Positions 47,154 to 59,547 of a stretch of DNA of 64,000 bases are shown here, piece by piece. Under the pieces are notes generated by a model. It was not told where the DNA came from and did not search any database. It was given only the letters and a program-made list of their open reading frames with translations. The DNA lies in assembly GCA_965112735.1 (NCBI GenBank), contig OZ218953.1:2418001-2482000 (forward strand). The letters run 5' to 3'. Position 1 is the stretch's first letter. The number at the start of each line of letters is the position of its first letter. Origin of the DNA: Phaeosaccion multiseriatum (Eukaryota; Protista; Ochrophyta, other classes). The position numbers and the translations under genes are program-made.

Positions 47154-47205
<52 letters not shown>

Positions 47206-47232
47206 TGGCTGGCTGGCTGACTGGCTGGCTGG
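47053..47232. repeat. (GCTG)n tetranucleotide microsatellite
   Basis: Directly visible. Confidence 0.9.
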
Positions 47233-47536
47233 CGGTGCAGGTGCGTGTGGGATGTCTTGTATCGCTGCTCCTGCGAGAGGAGAGGACTTGGAGCCGTGCA
47301 CAGTCCGGGGCCGACATGTCGTCTTGTTTCTCTCGTGGCGACAGGTCAAGGGCGGCGACTTGCCCGCAGAGGGCGTGTCTTGGGGCCTTGGGGGATGCTC
47401 TCGATCCCTGGGAAGCTGCGAGGCCGAAGTCGGTCGTTTCGAAGTGCCGTTTCGTTGACGCCTTAGGTGGATAGCGACTCCATTATTAATTCTGAAAAAC
47501 TGAAAACTGGGTACAGCGAGCGTCAGTCACAGACAG

Positions 47537-49378
47537 TCACGGGGGGTGGTGAAGGTCGTCGCACGCCCCGTACTCAGTCTTCTGTATCGAAGTGCTCCCC
47601 GCCCTTCCCACACATGGCCGCAGCAGCCTCTGCTCCTGGCTATCCAGACCACAACAGGTACCACCACTCGCAGCGCTGCCATTCCCTCCGAGAAGACCTC
47701 TCTCTTCGTCTCTGCGATTGGAGGGGGGGTGGTACATGCTCTCCTCCTCCTCCTCCTCCTCCTCCTCCTCCTCCTTCTCCTCCTCCTCCTCCTCCTGAGG
47801 ACCTGAACAGAGCTCCGATGAGCCGGCTCTTCCCGTCTCCCCCCCTCCTCTTCCTCCTCCTCCTACTCCTCCTCCTCCTCCTCCTCCTCCTCCTCCTCCT
47901 CCTCCTCCTCCTCCTCCTCCTCCTCCTCCTCCTCCTCCTCCTCCTCCTCCTCCTCCTCTTCTTCTTCTTCTTCTTCCTCCTCCTCCTCCTCCTCCTCGAA
48001 GACAAGCCTCAGTCCCACCATCATCGTCGTAGAGCCTGCAAGAGGGCGAGAGCCGCACGAGCGCCGCGACAAGGAGCACCACAGCGAACATCCCATACAT
48101 TCCGCACCTCAACAGCAGCCACAGAGGCTCCTCACAGTCAATTCTGCTGCGGCTGCTGCTGCTGCTACTACTACTACTACTACTACTGCTGCTGCTACTG
48201 CTCCCCCTGAGTCCCTCGCTGTCGGCCAAGAGATTCGAGGGATCGTCGCCGCTCACCAGCTTCAGTTGGAGCTGGCCGACCCCTGTCTGTTCGCTGCCAT
48301 CCCTTCCTAACACGCTCCCCTCTGCCTCGTCATGTCCGCCTTCATCTTCTTCCCTAGGCGCACCTGTGAACCACTCTCCCGCGAAGGGCTCTCCGAGATT
48401 GCTGCTGCTGCTGCCCACATGACTGTTGGTTTTGTCCGCAGGAACAAAGTCGAGCGGTGATGCCCCTGGACGAAGAGTAGGAGAAGGAGAAGGAGAAGGG
48501 TGACGCGCAGGGGAGAGATAGGGAGAAGCGGCGGCGCGGGGAAAAGGGGCCTCCGGCGCGGGGGTGGAGCTCGCAAACGTCACGACAGTCACCGCCTGCT
48601 CCATCGCATGGCAGGTGTAGGCCTCGCCCGAGGAGGAAGAGGCGGGGGGAGGCCAAGCGAAGCGAAGCGGGAGGGCTCGTGTGGCGTCCATATCGAATGC
48701 CTGGATGCCCTTGATGCCCTCGCTGTCAGAGGCTCTCCACGGGTGGGAGGAGTCACCGCTGCTGCTCCTGCCCATACGACTACCACTGCTGCTGCTGTTG
48801 TTTTTGTTGCTGCTGCTGCCGTCCGTGCCATTTGCGTTGGCATCGTTGGCACAGCACGTTTCGTAGTCCAGAAACGCAAAAGCCCACCCATCGTAACAGC
48901 CCGAGCCACCAGCCCGTGTCCGCTGCATGTCCATTGGAGTGATGACAGAGAACAACAGAGACAGATAGAGAGACATGAGGGCATCAACGAGTACAAAGGC
49001 CGGTGCAACAGCGAGGACACACCACACGAAAGCGAGGAAGCTTTGGTGCCACAGCACATGAACCCCCTCCTTTGCTTCCGTACCTTGGCTTCTGTGCACA
49101 CGCAGCACCAATCCCCCCAGCCCCTGTCGCACGTGAGAGACGCCTTGTACAAGAGATGACCCACGTGATCCCACTTGAACCGCTCATCCTCATCCTCGCC
49201 CTCCTCGTCAGCTGAACCACACCCAGACCCTGACCAGTTAGACCCATACGAAGAGATCGAGCTGCCGCCGGCGAAATGAGAATGGTAGGCCTCTTCTTCG
49301 GCCCGGTCACGGCTGTCAGGGGGTGTTTCTGGTGTTTCAGAATGGACCCAAATGGTGCTTCCCGCCCCCACACCTGCG

Positions 49379-49411
<33 letters not shown>

Positions 49412-51315
49412 ACCACCAACTGCTGCTGCCGCCGTTGCTGATCTTCGCCCCGCTGGCCCTGCGTGCCCCCCCGTGAGGAAGACACGCGGGCAGAAGGTGG
49501 CTCGTCGTCACGCCACCCCCAGGTTTCCCCCTCCGACCCTCCTTGGTACTCCCCTCTTCCTCCTCCTGCTCTCTCTTCCTGCCCCCCCTCCCTTCCAGCT
49601 ATTCCTCCTCCCTCCTTCCCCTCCTCCTCCTCCTCCTCCTCCTCCTCCTCCTCCTCCTCCTCCTCCCGTCCTCCCTCCTGTCCTCCGACTTCTCCTCCTC
49701 CATTCTTATCCCCCTCCTCCTCCTCTTCGCCACCATCATGTCCAGCAGGAGCAGTAGGGCCCTCACCGAGGGTAAAGCCGAAACCGTATCCAACCATGAG
49801 CTGCTTGCAGCATTGCGCAGTGCCTCCGCCTCCGCCTCCTCCTCCCGTTACAAGCAGCTGACCGCGGCACTTCCTCATCGCCTTCCGCAGCGCCTGTCCC
49901 TCCAGTACCCCCCGCATCTCCTCCCTGCCATCACCAGCTCCTTCGCCCCCTCCGCTCGAGTGGGAAGAGGAGAATGCGGAGAATGAGGGGGAGGAGGAGG
50001 GGGAGGAGGAGGAGGAGGAGGAGGAGGAGGAGGAGGAGGAGGAGGAGGAGGAGGAGGAGGAGGAGGAGGAGGAGGAGGAGGAGGAGGAGGGGGGGGGGGG
50101 GGAGCTTTGGTTTGGAGCGTCCGCGAGAGTGCCACAGAGGATGCCGCTGGGCGGGCAAGCCCCCCGTCCTTGGAAACCGCCCCCCGGCGAATCAGGCTCG
50201 CACGTCCCGCAGCCGCTGCCGCCGCCCCGAGAGCTCCATTCAAAGGGCTGCTGCTCCATTCCGAAACTCATGAGCGCGCGCGTATTAACTTGGACTCCAC
50301 CCCCTCCTCCTCCCCCCAGAGACATGTCGCGGTCGTTCGTGAAGAACCTGCCCTCCAGACCTCCACCTCCGCCCCCACCTGTCGTCGCTAACAACATCCC
50401 GTTGCAGAGGATTTGAAAGCCCGCCCCGCTGCCCCCCCCCATCTCGACTTTGAGGCCTCCTTGTCGTTGTTCACCCCCACCACCGCCATTGGCGAAGCGA
50501 GCCACAGGAGCCCATCCGAAGACATGCGTCTGCTGCAGGACATCAGCCAGGGACAGGTTGGCCTTGACGGTGGGCAGGGGGAAATCCAGCAATGACACTA
50601 GGTACTCGCCGAGGCCCTTCCACCCAACCTGAGCCAGGGTGAGCACAAGATCGCCGCAGCTCGCCATGAGGTCGTACAGAGGCATGCCTCCTTCACCCGG
50701 CTCCCCATCTCTTCGGGCGCACTGAGCAGCGGTCTCCTTCCAGCCCTCACGTAGAGCCGCTTTCTCTCCGGGACCTACCGCACTGTGGTCGAAACGGTAG
50801 CTGATGCCAAGGGGCGGTCAGCAAGCAGAAGGAGAGGTGGGATGATGAGAGGGAATACAGAACAAAGAACGGGCGATGAGAAATGGACAGCAAGGGATAA
50901 GAGAGGAGAGGGGTGCGTGTTCTAAGAGAGTTTTAACGAAGATACCGCCGATAAGTATCACGGTTCAACTGTCCTTCTTTGATCTCTGCCCCAAAAAGGA
51001 TTGACAACAAGATTGCTTGAAGCACACCGCGCCGCCCACCAGTAGAGCAGCAAAGAGGGCACCATCAGACCATGGGAGCAACAGAGAGGGAAAGGGATTG
51101 TGATCCCACCTGGTCATAGGAAGGTCTTCGCCAATAGCCTGGGAGACCCATTGCTGCACGGTGTCCACGAAATGCAAAGCAGAGCAATTCAGATACTTGT
51201 CGATGTGATGGGTTCTTTCCTCGTAAGCCGGTCCTGCTGTCCCTACTGCTGCTCCTGAGCCTGCTGCCGATAACGACAGGAGCGATGCCAATAGTTCAGA
51301 CGCCTGCTTCAACAT
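47537..51315 (-). CDS. Uncharacterised low-complexity type-I membrane protein (signal peptide, Cys-containing ectodomain, single C-terminal TM), 3 exons
   Basis: Exons ~51315-51110, ~50801-49085 and ~48923-47537 join in phase (MT-S-YRFDH; CCVCTEAK/RTRAGGSGCYDGW). N-terminus MLKQASELLASLLSLSAAG; TM LWLLLRCGMYGMFAVVLLVAALV. No family recognised. Confidence 0.55.
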
Positions 51316-51374
51316 ATCTTCACATGGCCTTGGACCTGTCCAGGAGGTGGAGAGGGAGCGGAGAGCGGCGAAGA

Positions 51375-51382
51375 TTTATATA
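51375..51382 (-). promoter_or_regulatory. TATA-like element (TATATAAA) ~60 bp upstream of the ATG at 51315
   Basis: Sequence match and position only. Confidence 0.3.
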
Positions 51383-51544
51383 TTACACCCTTAAGGCGCG
51401 GAAGATAGGCCAGGTAAAAGTAAAATCTGTGATTCTGTGCGACGACGAGTGTGAACAACACGTGGGGTGGCGGTGGTACATTTTTTTTTTTTAGCGCGCG
51501 TTCCTGCTTGGAATCAAGGGACGATGACACCACCATCTCCTTCA

Positions 51545-51670
51545 CTGCCATCTACAACCATCCACTGCCATCCCCTACCCTGCCATCTCCCACCATCCAA
51601 TGCCATCCCCCACCCTGCCATCTACCACCATCAACTGCCATTCCCTACCCTGCCATCTACCACCATCCAC
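51545..51670. repeat. 35-bp minisatellite, ~3.6 copies (CTGCCATCTACCACCATCCACTGCCATCCCCTACC)
   Basis: Directly visible tandem units in intergenic DNA. Confidence 0.8.
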
Positions 51671-51880
51671 AGATCCTGCTTCACATGACCCACCTCGTGT
51701 GGGGAGGTTTCGTTGTGCAGATGAGGGGGTGTACGTGTGCAGGTGTGTGTGTGAGTGTGTGTGCGAGTGTGACAGAATGTGTGTGTGAGAGAGATAGATG
51801 TGGAGAGTATGTGTTTGTGTGAGAGAGAGGATGTGAGTTTGTGTGAGAGAGACAGATGTGGGTGTGCGTGTGAGAGAGAG

Positions 51881-51925
<45 letters not shown>

Positions 51926-52458
51926 CCCTCTTCTGGTGGGTGACAGGTGGGTGGGAGGGGACGAAAAAAGGAGAATATTTGAGAATATCATAATAGCACT
52001 TCCATGCATTCCTCATCCACCTCTCTTCTCTCCGTTCTCTCCCTCTCTCTCTCTCCCTCCCTCCCTCTCCCTCTCGATCTTTGTCTCCCTCTCCTCTTGC
52101 TCCTCCATTGGCAGAGGGGAAGGTTGAGGTGGTTGCGAAGGCAAAGGACGGGCTCGCCCCAAACCCTAGCAGCAGCACTGACCCAACTAGTGACCCAAGC
52201 AGCAGCAGTACTGACCCAAAGACCAGCAGCAATAGTGAGCCAAGCAGCTTCCTTGTCACCCCACGCCTTCTGTGTGCACGTGGCTCTGAAGTCTAAAGTC
52301 ACTCCTAGCACAAGCAGCAATGGCAGAGCTGTACGAAATACACTGGAGCTGGGCGCGAGACCTTCTTTCCGCATCTCCTCCAGCAACTCCAGCGCCTTGT
52401 CATACTGCCCTGTCTTAGCGCAAGCATCAATCGCAGAGGTGTACGAGACTTCATTGGA

Positions 52459-54540
52459 TTAAAGCCCTTCCCTCCTCATCTCCTCCAGCAACTCCAGCGC
52501 CTTCTCGTACTTTCCTGCCTTGTCACAAGCATCAATCGCAGAGTTGTACGAGACTTCATCGAGTTGAAGCCCTTCCCTCCGCATCTCCTCCAGCAACTCC
52601 AGCGCCTTGTCATACTGCCCTGCCATAGCACAAGCAGCAATCGCAGAGTTGTACGAGATTTCATTGGGTTGAAGCCCTTCCCTCCGCATCTCCACCAGCA
52701 ACTCCAGCGCCTTCTCGTGCTCTTTTGCCTTTCCACAAGCAGCAATCGCAGAGTTGTACGAGATTTCATTGGGTTGAAGCCCTTCCCTCCGCATCTCCTC
52801 CAGCAACTCCAGCGCCTTCTCGTGCTCTTTTGCCTTTCCACAAGCAGCAATCGCAGAGTTGTACGAGATTTCATTGGGTTGAAGCCCTTCCCTCCGCATC
52901 TCCTCCAGCAACTCCAGCGCCTTCTCGTGCTCTTTTGCCTTGCCACAAGCAGCAATCGCAGAGTTGTACGAGATTTCATTGGGTTGAAGCTCTTCCCTCC
53001 GCATCTCCTCCAGCAACTCCAGCGCCTTGTCATACTGCCCTGCCTTTGCACAAGCAGCAATCGCAGAGTTGTACGAGATTTCATTGGGTTGAAGCCCTTC
53101 CCTCCGCATCTCCTTCAGCAACTCCAGCGCCTTCTCGTGCTCTCCTGCCTTAGCACAAGCAGCAATCGCAGAGTTGTACGAGATTTCATTGGGTTGAAGC
53201 CCTTCCCTCCTCATCTCCTCCAGCAACTCCAGCGCCTTCTCGTACTGTCCCGCATTGCCACAAGCAGTAATCGCAGAGCTGTACGAGATTTCATCGGGTT
53301 GAAGCCCTTCCCTCCGGATCTCTTCCAGCAACTCCAGCGCCTTCTCGTACTTTCCTGCCTTGCCACAAGCAGCAATCGCGGAGCTGTACGAGATTTGATT
53401 GGGTTGAAGCCCTTCCCTCCACATCTCCTTCAGCAGCTCCAGCGCCTTCTCGTGCTTTCCTGCCTTAGCACAAGCAGCAATCGCAGAGCTGTACGAGATT
53501 TCATCGGGTTGAAGCCCTTCCCTCCGCATCTCCTTCAGCAACTCTAGCGCCTTCTCGTACTGTCCCACATTGCCACAAGCAGCAATCGCAGAGTTGTACG
53601 AGATTTCATCGGGGTGAAGCCCTTCCCTCCGCATCTCCTCCAGCAACTCCAGCGCCTTCTCGTACTGTCCCGCATTGCCACAAGCAGCAATCGCGGAGTT
53701 GTACGAGATTTCGTTGGGTTGAAGCCCTTCCCTCCGCATCTCCTCCAGCAACTCCAGCGCCTTCTCGTGCTCTCCTACCTTTGCACAAGCAGCAATCGCA
53801 GAGCTGTACGAGATTTCATTGGGTTGAAGCCCTTCCCTCCGCATCCTCTCCAGCAACTCCAGCGAATTCTCGTGCTGTCCCGCATTGCCACAAGCAGTAA
53901 TCGCAGAGCTGTACGCGATGACACCGGGGTGAAGCCCTTCCCTCCGCATCTCCTCCAGTAAGACCAGCGCCTTCTCATACTCTCCTGCTCTACCACAAGC
54001 AGCAATTGCAGAGCTGTACGTGATGACATCGGGTTGGAGGCCGCTTGCCTTCATTTCATCGAGCAGGGCAAGCGCACCCTTCCATCGCCGAGCTTTGCCT
54101 ACGGCAGTAATGGCGGCATTAAACAAAATGACATTCATTCGAAGCCCTGTTGCCTTCGCCTCCTCAATCGCTCTTGCCACCCCCCTCCAGTTCCCCTTTT
54201 TTCCAAGTCTCTGGATCTCCTTAATCAGCTCTATTTGCTTCTGTCGTCCTGCACGGTTGCCACCTCGTCTCTGCTGCGTCCCTCCCGTCATACCCCTGGT
54301 TCCAAGGAGGTGGAGCGAGGGAGTTGCCGATCGTCGCTCAACATGTGCCGGGGCTGGGAGGAGGGAATTGGTCGAGACCCATCTTCCCCACCAGGACGTG
54401 GAAGCAGCGGCAGGAACACCACCTCCACCAGCTTCAAAAACACCTCCTCCTCCCACGAGACAATGGGGACATACTGCTGCGGCTGTTGCCCCTCCTGACG
54501 TCCTCCGAGGACGAGAACGTTTGACTGCCCGAACAAACAT
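52459..54540 (-). CDS. Intronless P-class pentatricopeptide repeat (PPR) protein with ~16 tandem 35-aa repeats and an organellar-type presequence
   Basis: 693-aa ORF with repeats EISY(N/S)SAIAACGKAGQYEKALELLEEMRREGLQP(N/D); Arg-rich N-terminus. A further degenerate repeat follows the stop. Confidence 0.92.
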   Translation of the reverse strand: MFVRAVKRSRPRRTSGGATAAAVCPHCLVGGGGVFEAGGGGVPAAASTSWWGRWVSTNSLLPAPAHVERRSATPSLHLLGTRGMTGGTQQRRGGNRAGRQKQIELIKEIQRLGKKGNWRGVARAIEEAKATGLRMNVILFNAAITAVGKARRWKGALALLDEMKASGLQPDVITYSSAIAACGRAGEYEKALVLLEEMRREGLHPGVIAYSSAITACGNAGQHENSLELLERMRREGLQPNEISYSSAIAACAKVGEHEKALELLEEMRREGLQPNEISYNSAIAACGNAGQYEKALELLEEMRREGLHPDEISYNSAIAACGNVGQYEKALELLKEMRREGLQPDEISYSSAIAACAKAGKHEKALELLKEMWREGLQPNQISYSSAIAACGKAGKYEKALELLEEIRREGLQPDEISYSSAITACGNAGQYEKALELLEEMRREGLQPNEISYNSAIAACAKAGEHEKALELLKEMRREGLQPNEISYNSAIAACAKAGQYDKALELLEEMRREELQPNEISYNSAIAACGKAKEHEKALELLEEMRREGLQPNEISYNSAIAACGKAKEHEKALELLEEMRREGLQPNEISYNSAIAACGKAKEHEKALELLVEMRREGLQPNEISYNSAIAACAMAGQYDKALELLEEMRREGLQLDEVSYNSAIDACDKAGKYEKALELLEEMRREGL

Positions 54541-54635
54541 ATGGCGCCGGGGGCGCGGGGGGGCGGGCCGGATCCGGGCCGCCTTGATACTTTATTGACT
54601 TAATTTTTCACTTTCGAAGCGCGCAAGACTAATCG

Positions 54636-56014
54636 ATGAAGAAGGACGTCGCGCTTCTGCTCATCGACCCCCAGCGGGACTTTCACGAGGGGGGCTCTCT
54701 CGCTGTGCCGGGGGCGTCTTCTGACACACAAAGACTGGCCTCTCTTATCGAGGCCCACGCAGACCAGATCGACGGCATCTTTGTCACGCTCGACTCGCAT
54801 CACGTAAGATGTCTGTGTCATAGGATTTCGCCTGTTTGATGCGATACCGTTCGGCTCAGTCTTACTCTCTTTGTCTCAGGTCTATGACATTTCCCATCCG
54901 TCCTTCTGGGTAGACGCGAATGGAAACCCGCCTGCTCCTTTCACGCCTGTTCCTCATTCAAGTGTGAAAGACGGTGTGTGGTCTCCTGTAGATACAAGTC
55001 ACCAGGTGCGAAAGAGAAGGAGGGGAGGGCCTAGCTGCCTCTTGGGTGTCTGTTCTGCATTGCGCCTCACTCTATCCACATGCCGTATCCATTCTGCGAC
55101 AGGCCTACTGTGAGGAATACACTGCCGAGCTAGAGAGGAGGGGGCGGTTCACGCACTTCATTTGGCCGGAGCACTGCCTGGTTTGTACTCGCCTGGGAGG
55201 GACAAGATTTTTTGTAGTTCGTACGCGCCTGAGGCACCCTTGCTGCTCCCTCTTTGCACCCATTGCTGCTCTCCCAAACGGACACACACATGCAGATTGG
55301 GAGCGAGGGGCACAATGTCCAGCCTTGCCTCGACTCTGCCCTGCGAGGCTGGGCCAAGAAGCGACGGAGAAACGTGCACTTTGTGCACAAGGGAGAGCAC
55401 CACTTGTGTGAGATGTACAGCTGCTTCGCGGCGGAGGTTCCCCTCGACAGCGCCCCCGAGACGGCCCTCAACACCAGCCTGCTCGCAGAGATGCAGGTCA
55501 TTCAGTCATACCATGTGCCGTGCCAAGGAGTACGACTTTACTCCGTCTCTCTCGGCTCGGTTGGCTTAGCTGAGCTCAGTGTTGCGTTTGGGACCTACCT
55601 GTGTGTGATGCGAGCAACGAGCACTCCGACTACTCACAACGCGCCCTCACCCCCCCCCCCTCCTCCTCCTCGTCGTCGTCGTTGCTGGCGCTGCAGGGTT
55701 TCCGACAGATCCTGGTTGGTGGCCAAGCCCTTTCGCATTGTGTCAACTACTCCACAAGAGACCTCGTCGCCTTCTTGAAGGAGAAGGAGAAGGAGAAGGG
55801 CAAGGCCGGGACATCCAGTGAAGTTGAAGGTGAAGGTGGCAATGGCGAAGCAGGCCAAGATGGAGGTCGGGACGGTTCGGTAGGGACGGTGGTGGTGTTG
55901 CTGAAAGATGCGTCTTCGTCTGTGCCTGGCTTCGAGGCCGCGGGGGAAGAGTTTTTGGCCGATATGGAGCGGCAAGGGGTCAAGATTTCCTCCTGTGCAG
56001 AGGTGCTGGTGTGA
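54636..56014 (+). CDS. pncA: Nicotinamidase/pyrazinamidase (isochorismatase-like cysteine hydrolase), ~5 exons
   Basis: LLLIDPQRDF..GGSLAVPGA, TLDSH, WPEHCL/IGSEGH, KG..EMYS, GQALSHCV: catalytic Asp/Lys/Cys and metal-binding Asp/His residues present. Confidence 0.88.
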
Positions 56015-56434
56015 CGCGCTGACAGGAGTACGGAGGAGAGGGGGAAGGGGGCTCACTCCAGCAGTAGTACGTACATCCACCAACACAACCTCTCAATGAA
56101 GCAGGGCGCTCCTTGTACGTGAAGTAGGACAAGTGTTGCTGAGTGACGCGAAGGAGCTGTCTGTAACAAGGACTCGACTGAATGGGGGAGGTAGAGGACC
56201 CAAGGAGGGTTGTGGTTTCATTCCCACGATCAATCGCCTCCCACTTGGATGGCTCTCAGGACTGTGTATAAAGTGCATCATTCATTTTGTATTTTAAATC
56301 GTGCCTTAATGTAACATCGCCGGCGAGAGATGTCATTCTGCCCGGCTCTACATTGGGGAGGGGGTGTGCGTGTGCGTGCGTGCTTTTCACTTCTCTCTCC
56401 CGCCCGCGTTTGCCCATCTCTTGTTCTTTCATTT

Positions 56435-56475
<41 letters not shown>

Positions 56476-57086
56476 CCCCTTGCTGTCTTTGGGCTTGGGC
56501 AGAAAGGCTGCTTTTTCCTCCGACTAGTTACGTAATATTCTGCCCGACTATACACACCGCTGCTGCTTTATAGACACCGATTACACACATGGTGGTGTGG
56601 GCCTAGAGAGCCACTCCGCCTCCCCCGCCTCAGCCCTCTCACTGCCCACTCTCCAGATCCCACCCACGGAAGGCGTGGGTCGGGCGCTCCAGTGTCCTGA
56701 CGAGACCCCCTGCACCTGCCTGCGTTCCTCCCCCCCCCCTGCCCCCATGTCAACTCGACCAATCTCTCGGTCCTCGGACTTACTTTGCGCGTTTGTGTGG
56801 GCCGCCTTCCCTTCCTCCCCCCCTGTGTGGCAGGGCGAGGAGCCACGCAGACAAACAGACAGACAGACAGACAAACAGACCAGACAGACAGACAAGACAA
56901 GACAAGACAGGCGGTCGGGCGCACAGATAGAGCAAGGTCTGCGGCAAAAAGACAAGCACACCAAGCCAAGCCAAGCCAAACCTTCCATCTCGCCCTTCCC
57001 TTCCACCTTTCGCAACTCTCTCTTTCTCTTCCTGAGTCACACGGCATCGCATCACAACCTCACACGGCATGGCATCACAGATGGCA

Positions 57087-58558
57087 TCACAGCCTTCGCA
57101 GGGCCTTCTTCTTCTTGGCGTCCTTGACTTTAGCTGCCGGCTTCTTGGCCGCTGCCTTACCCCCTCCCCCGGAACCCGCCCCTCCCGCTGCCCCGCTCCC
57201 GCTGCCTGCCATGGTCACAACACCAGACCGCGCGGCCCCCTCCGCCCCCTCCAACCCCTCGCCGTCTTCGTCGTCGTCGTCATCCGCCATAGCCGCTGCT
57301 CCGCATACATTGGCCGCTGCTGCCGACGCATCTTCTAAGCCCCTTCGCTTGTGTGCGTGCACGGAGCACATGATCTTGGCCCTCCGTCGGTAGCCATCGT
57401 AATCCTCCATGAACATCTTGCCGGCCTCCTCGTTCAGAGAGGACTCAGGAAAGGGCACAATCAATAGGCAACGAATGACCTAACGTGTTCATGATGGAGA
57501 AGGGGGGGGGGGGCGAATTCATACATTCATGCAGATGGGGGAGGAAGGGCGGGGAGGGGGCTGTCTGATGAGAATCTCTGTGAATAGAGTCGCTGAGCGA
57601 GGAAGAAGAGAAAAGGCAGCCTACGTCCGTTTCGTGGATCAACACGATCTGTCTCTCACCTGGAACACGTGCACCAGCGTGGTGGCTGCGCTCCAGTCCT
57701 TCTTGAGGGTATTGACACAAATATCACCGTTGGTAGCAACGTTGGGGTGGAAGATGGTGGTGAGGAAGAAGCCCTTGGGAGGAGACGAGGGGTACTCGTT
57801 GCCCAACACCAGCTTGACGCGGAACGTGCCTTGTTCGTAAGGAGTGCCAACTGACGTGAAACGTTGTTGCGTGTGGGGCGGAGTGGGGCGGGGCGGGGGG
57901 GTTAGAAGGGAGCAAGAGCAGACACGAAGAGAGGCAGCGCATGGGGAGCTGGGGCGCTGCCTTGCTGAACACATACAAACCTCATGGCAAGAAAAGGCTT
58001 CGGTTGCCGCAGCACATCCATGCGTGTGCGCGTCAATGAACAGAGGGCAAAGCATTGCGAAAAGGGCTATCGTCAAGCTGTCGATTTGCTTGCGCAAGCC
58101 TTCCCACATGAGAGAGCAGCCCTGCCTCTCCCCTCCACTGACAACAACGGAACGGTTGCGTGTTCCTCTCTGCCCGCATGCGGTTCTTCACACCGCAGCT
58201 CCTGGCAAAACACACCTTCCCTCTCTGCCCATCTCTCCTCCTCAATGCACTGCCCCGCGGACAGGTGTGCGCCCAGCGTGCTGAAAGGCCAGAAAACACA
58301 AAAGTCCAGTGGGTCCGGTTCCTCCATCACCACGCCAGTCTCCTCACCAAACTCACACCAAAAGCAGCGAACAAGAAGGCATTCACACGGGGATACTCGT
58401 CCTCAGCCCTCACCTGGTCCGTCTAAATCGCACACCACTGTGGCGATGCTGTCGTCTTTGTTAGGCACGTAGGAGACCCCTTCCGGCGGGGCCTTAACGA
58501 GCTGCCGGACTTCTCGTTGCACCCTGCATATGGTCTGCGGAGAAATGTTCTCGGACAT
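57087..58558 (-). CDS. UBE2S: Ubiquitin-conjugating enzyme E2 S, 3 exons
   Basis: [73 protein letters not shown], and the diagnostic C-terminal KKKALRRL. Confidence 0.95.
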
Positions 58559-58759
58559 CTTCCCCCCTTCCGCTATGGTTACACACGATAGATGCCTGTT
58601 CCGGCACACAAGACTACAAGTTTTCCTTTTGGGGAGGACGGAAGAGTGAGCTCAGTGGGAGAAAAAAAAGGTGGAACTCAAATTCGTCTCTCCCGCTCCT
58701 TTCCATTTCACTTTCCCTTTGCTGTCTTCTCTCCTCCTTCTCAGTGAGGGCCCAAGAAG

Positions 58760-59486
58760 ATGGGGAGGAGCAGGAGCAGGAGTAGGAGCAGGAGCCGTAG
58801 CCGGGAAAGGGCGGATCGATCGAGGAGGCGGGGGGAAGACGACAGAGGCCGTGGAGACAGTAGACGCGACAGGGAGAGGGAGAGACCGGACAGCAGACGA
58901 AGGTACGCGGAGTAGAGAGAGCCATGCTTTTTCTCGCCTTCCCCCTGACCCCCCTCCGTTCTCTCTCTCTCTCTCTCTGTGCTGCTCTCACAGACGTAGC
59001 CCCTCCAGGGAAAGAGACAGCTACCGCTCTTCCCACAGAAGCGACTGGGACGGGGGTCGGGATCGGGATCGGGATCGCGATCGGGATAGGGATCGTCCCC
59101 GGCTGGGGGGAGGGGGGAGGGGGACGGCAGCAGCTGCCTCAGGAGGAGGCGCGGCTGACGGCGGGGAGAGCGAGCTGGTCAAGGCTGAGCGAGAAAAGAA
59201 GCGGCGAGAGATGCTGGAACAGCTCAAGGGAGACATTAAAGAGGGGGAGGGGGAGGAAGAGGACGACCAGAATGGCTTCGCGGGCATGGATGAAGACGAC
59301 CTCACGGAAGAGCAGAAGGTCATGAAGGCGATGGGCTTTGGGGACTTTGACAGCACCAAGGGGAAGAAGGTGGCAGACAACCACGAAGGGGCGGCTAGGG
59401 GCGCGGTGCGGAAGCACAAAAAGAGAGTGTACCGGCAGTACATGAACAGGAAGGGCGGGTTCAATAGGCCGCTGGACGCTCTGTAG
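58760..59486 (+). CDS. SNRNP27: U4/U6.U5 tri-snRNP 27 kDa protein, 2 exons
   Basis: Exon 1 [10 protein letters not shown]... (58760-~58902). Exon 2 ends [33 protein letters not shown]. Confidence 0.92.
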
Positions 59487-59547
59487 CCTTTCGCTTCCAC
59501 CATGTGAATATAAACTTTAACAGTATGTTTTTTTTACTGCACTCTAG

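Noticed and set aside
51681-52259. Hydrophobic signal-peptide-like ORF
   Set aside because: Starts at GTG with an in-frame stop shortly upstream and no ATG; runs into microsatellites.
52360-54030. Regularly spaced direct repeats suggestive of a CRISPR array
   Set aside because: Contiguous 105-bp coding PPR units with no unique spacers; eukaryotic context; no cas genes.
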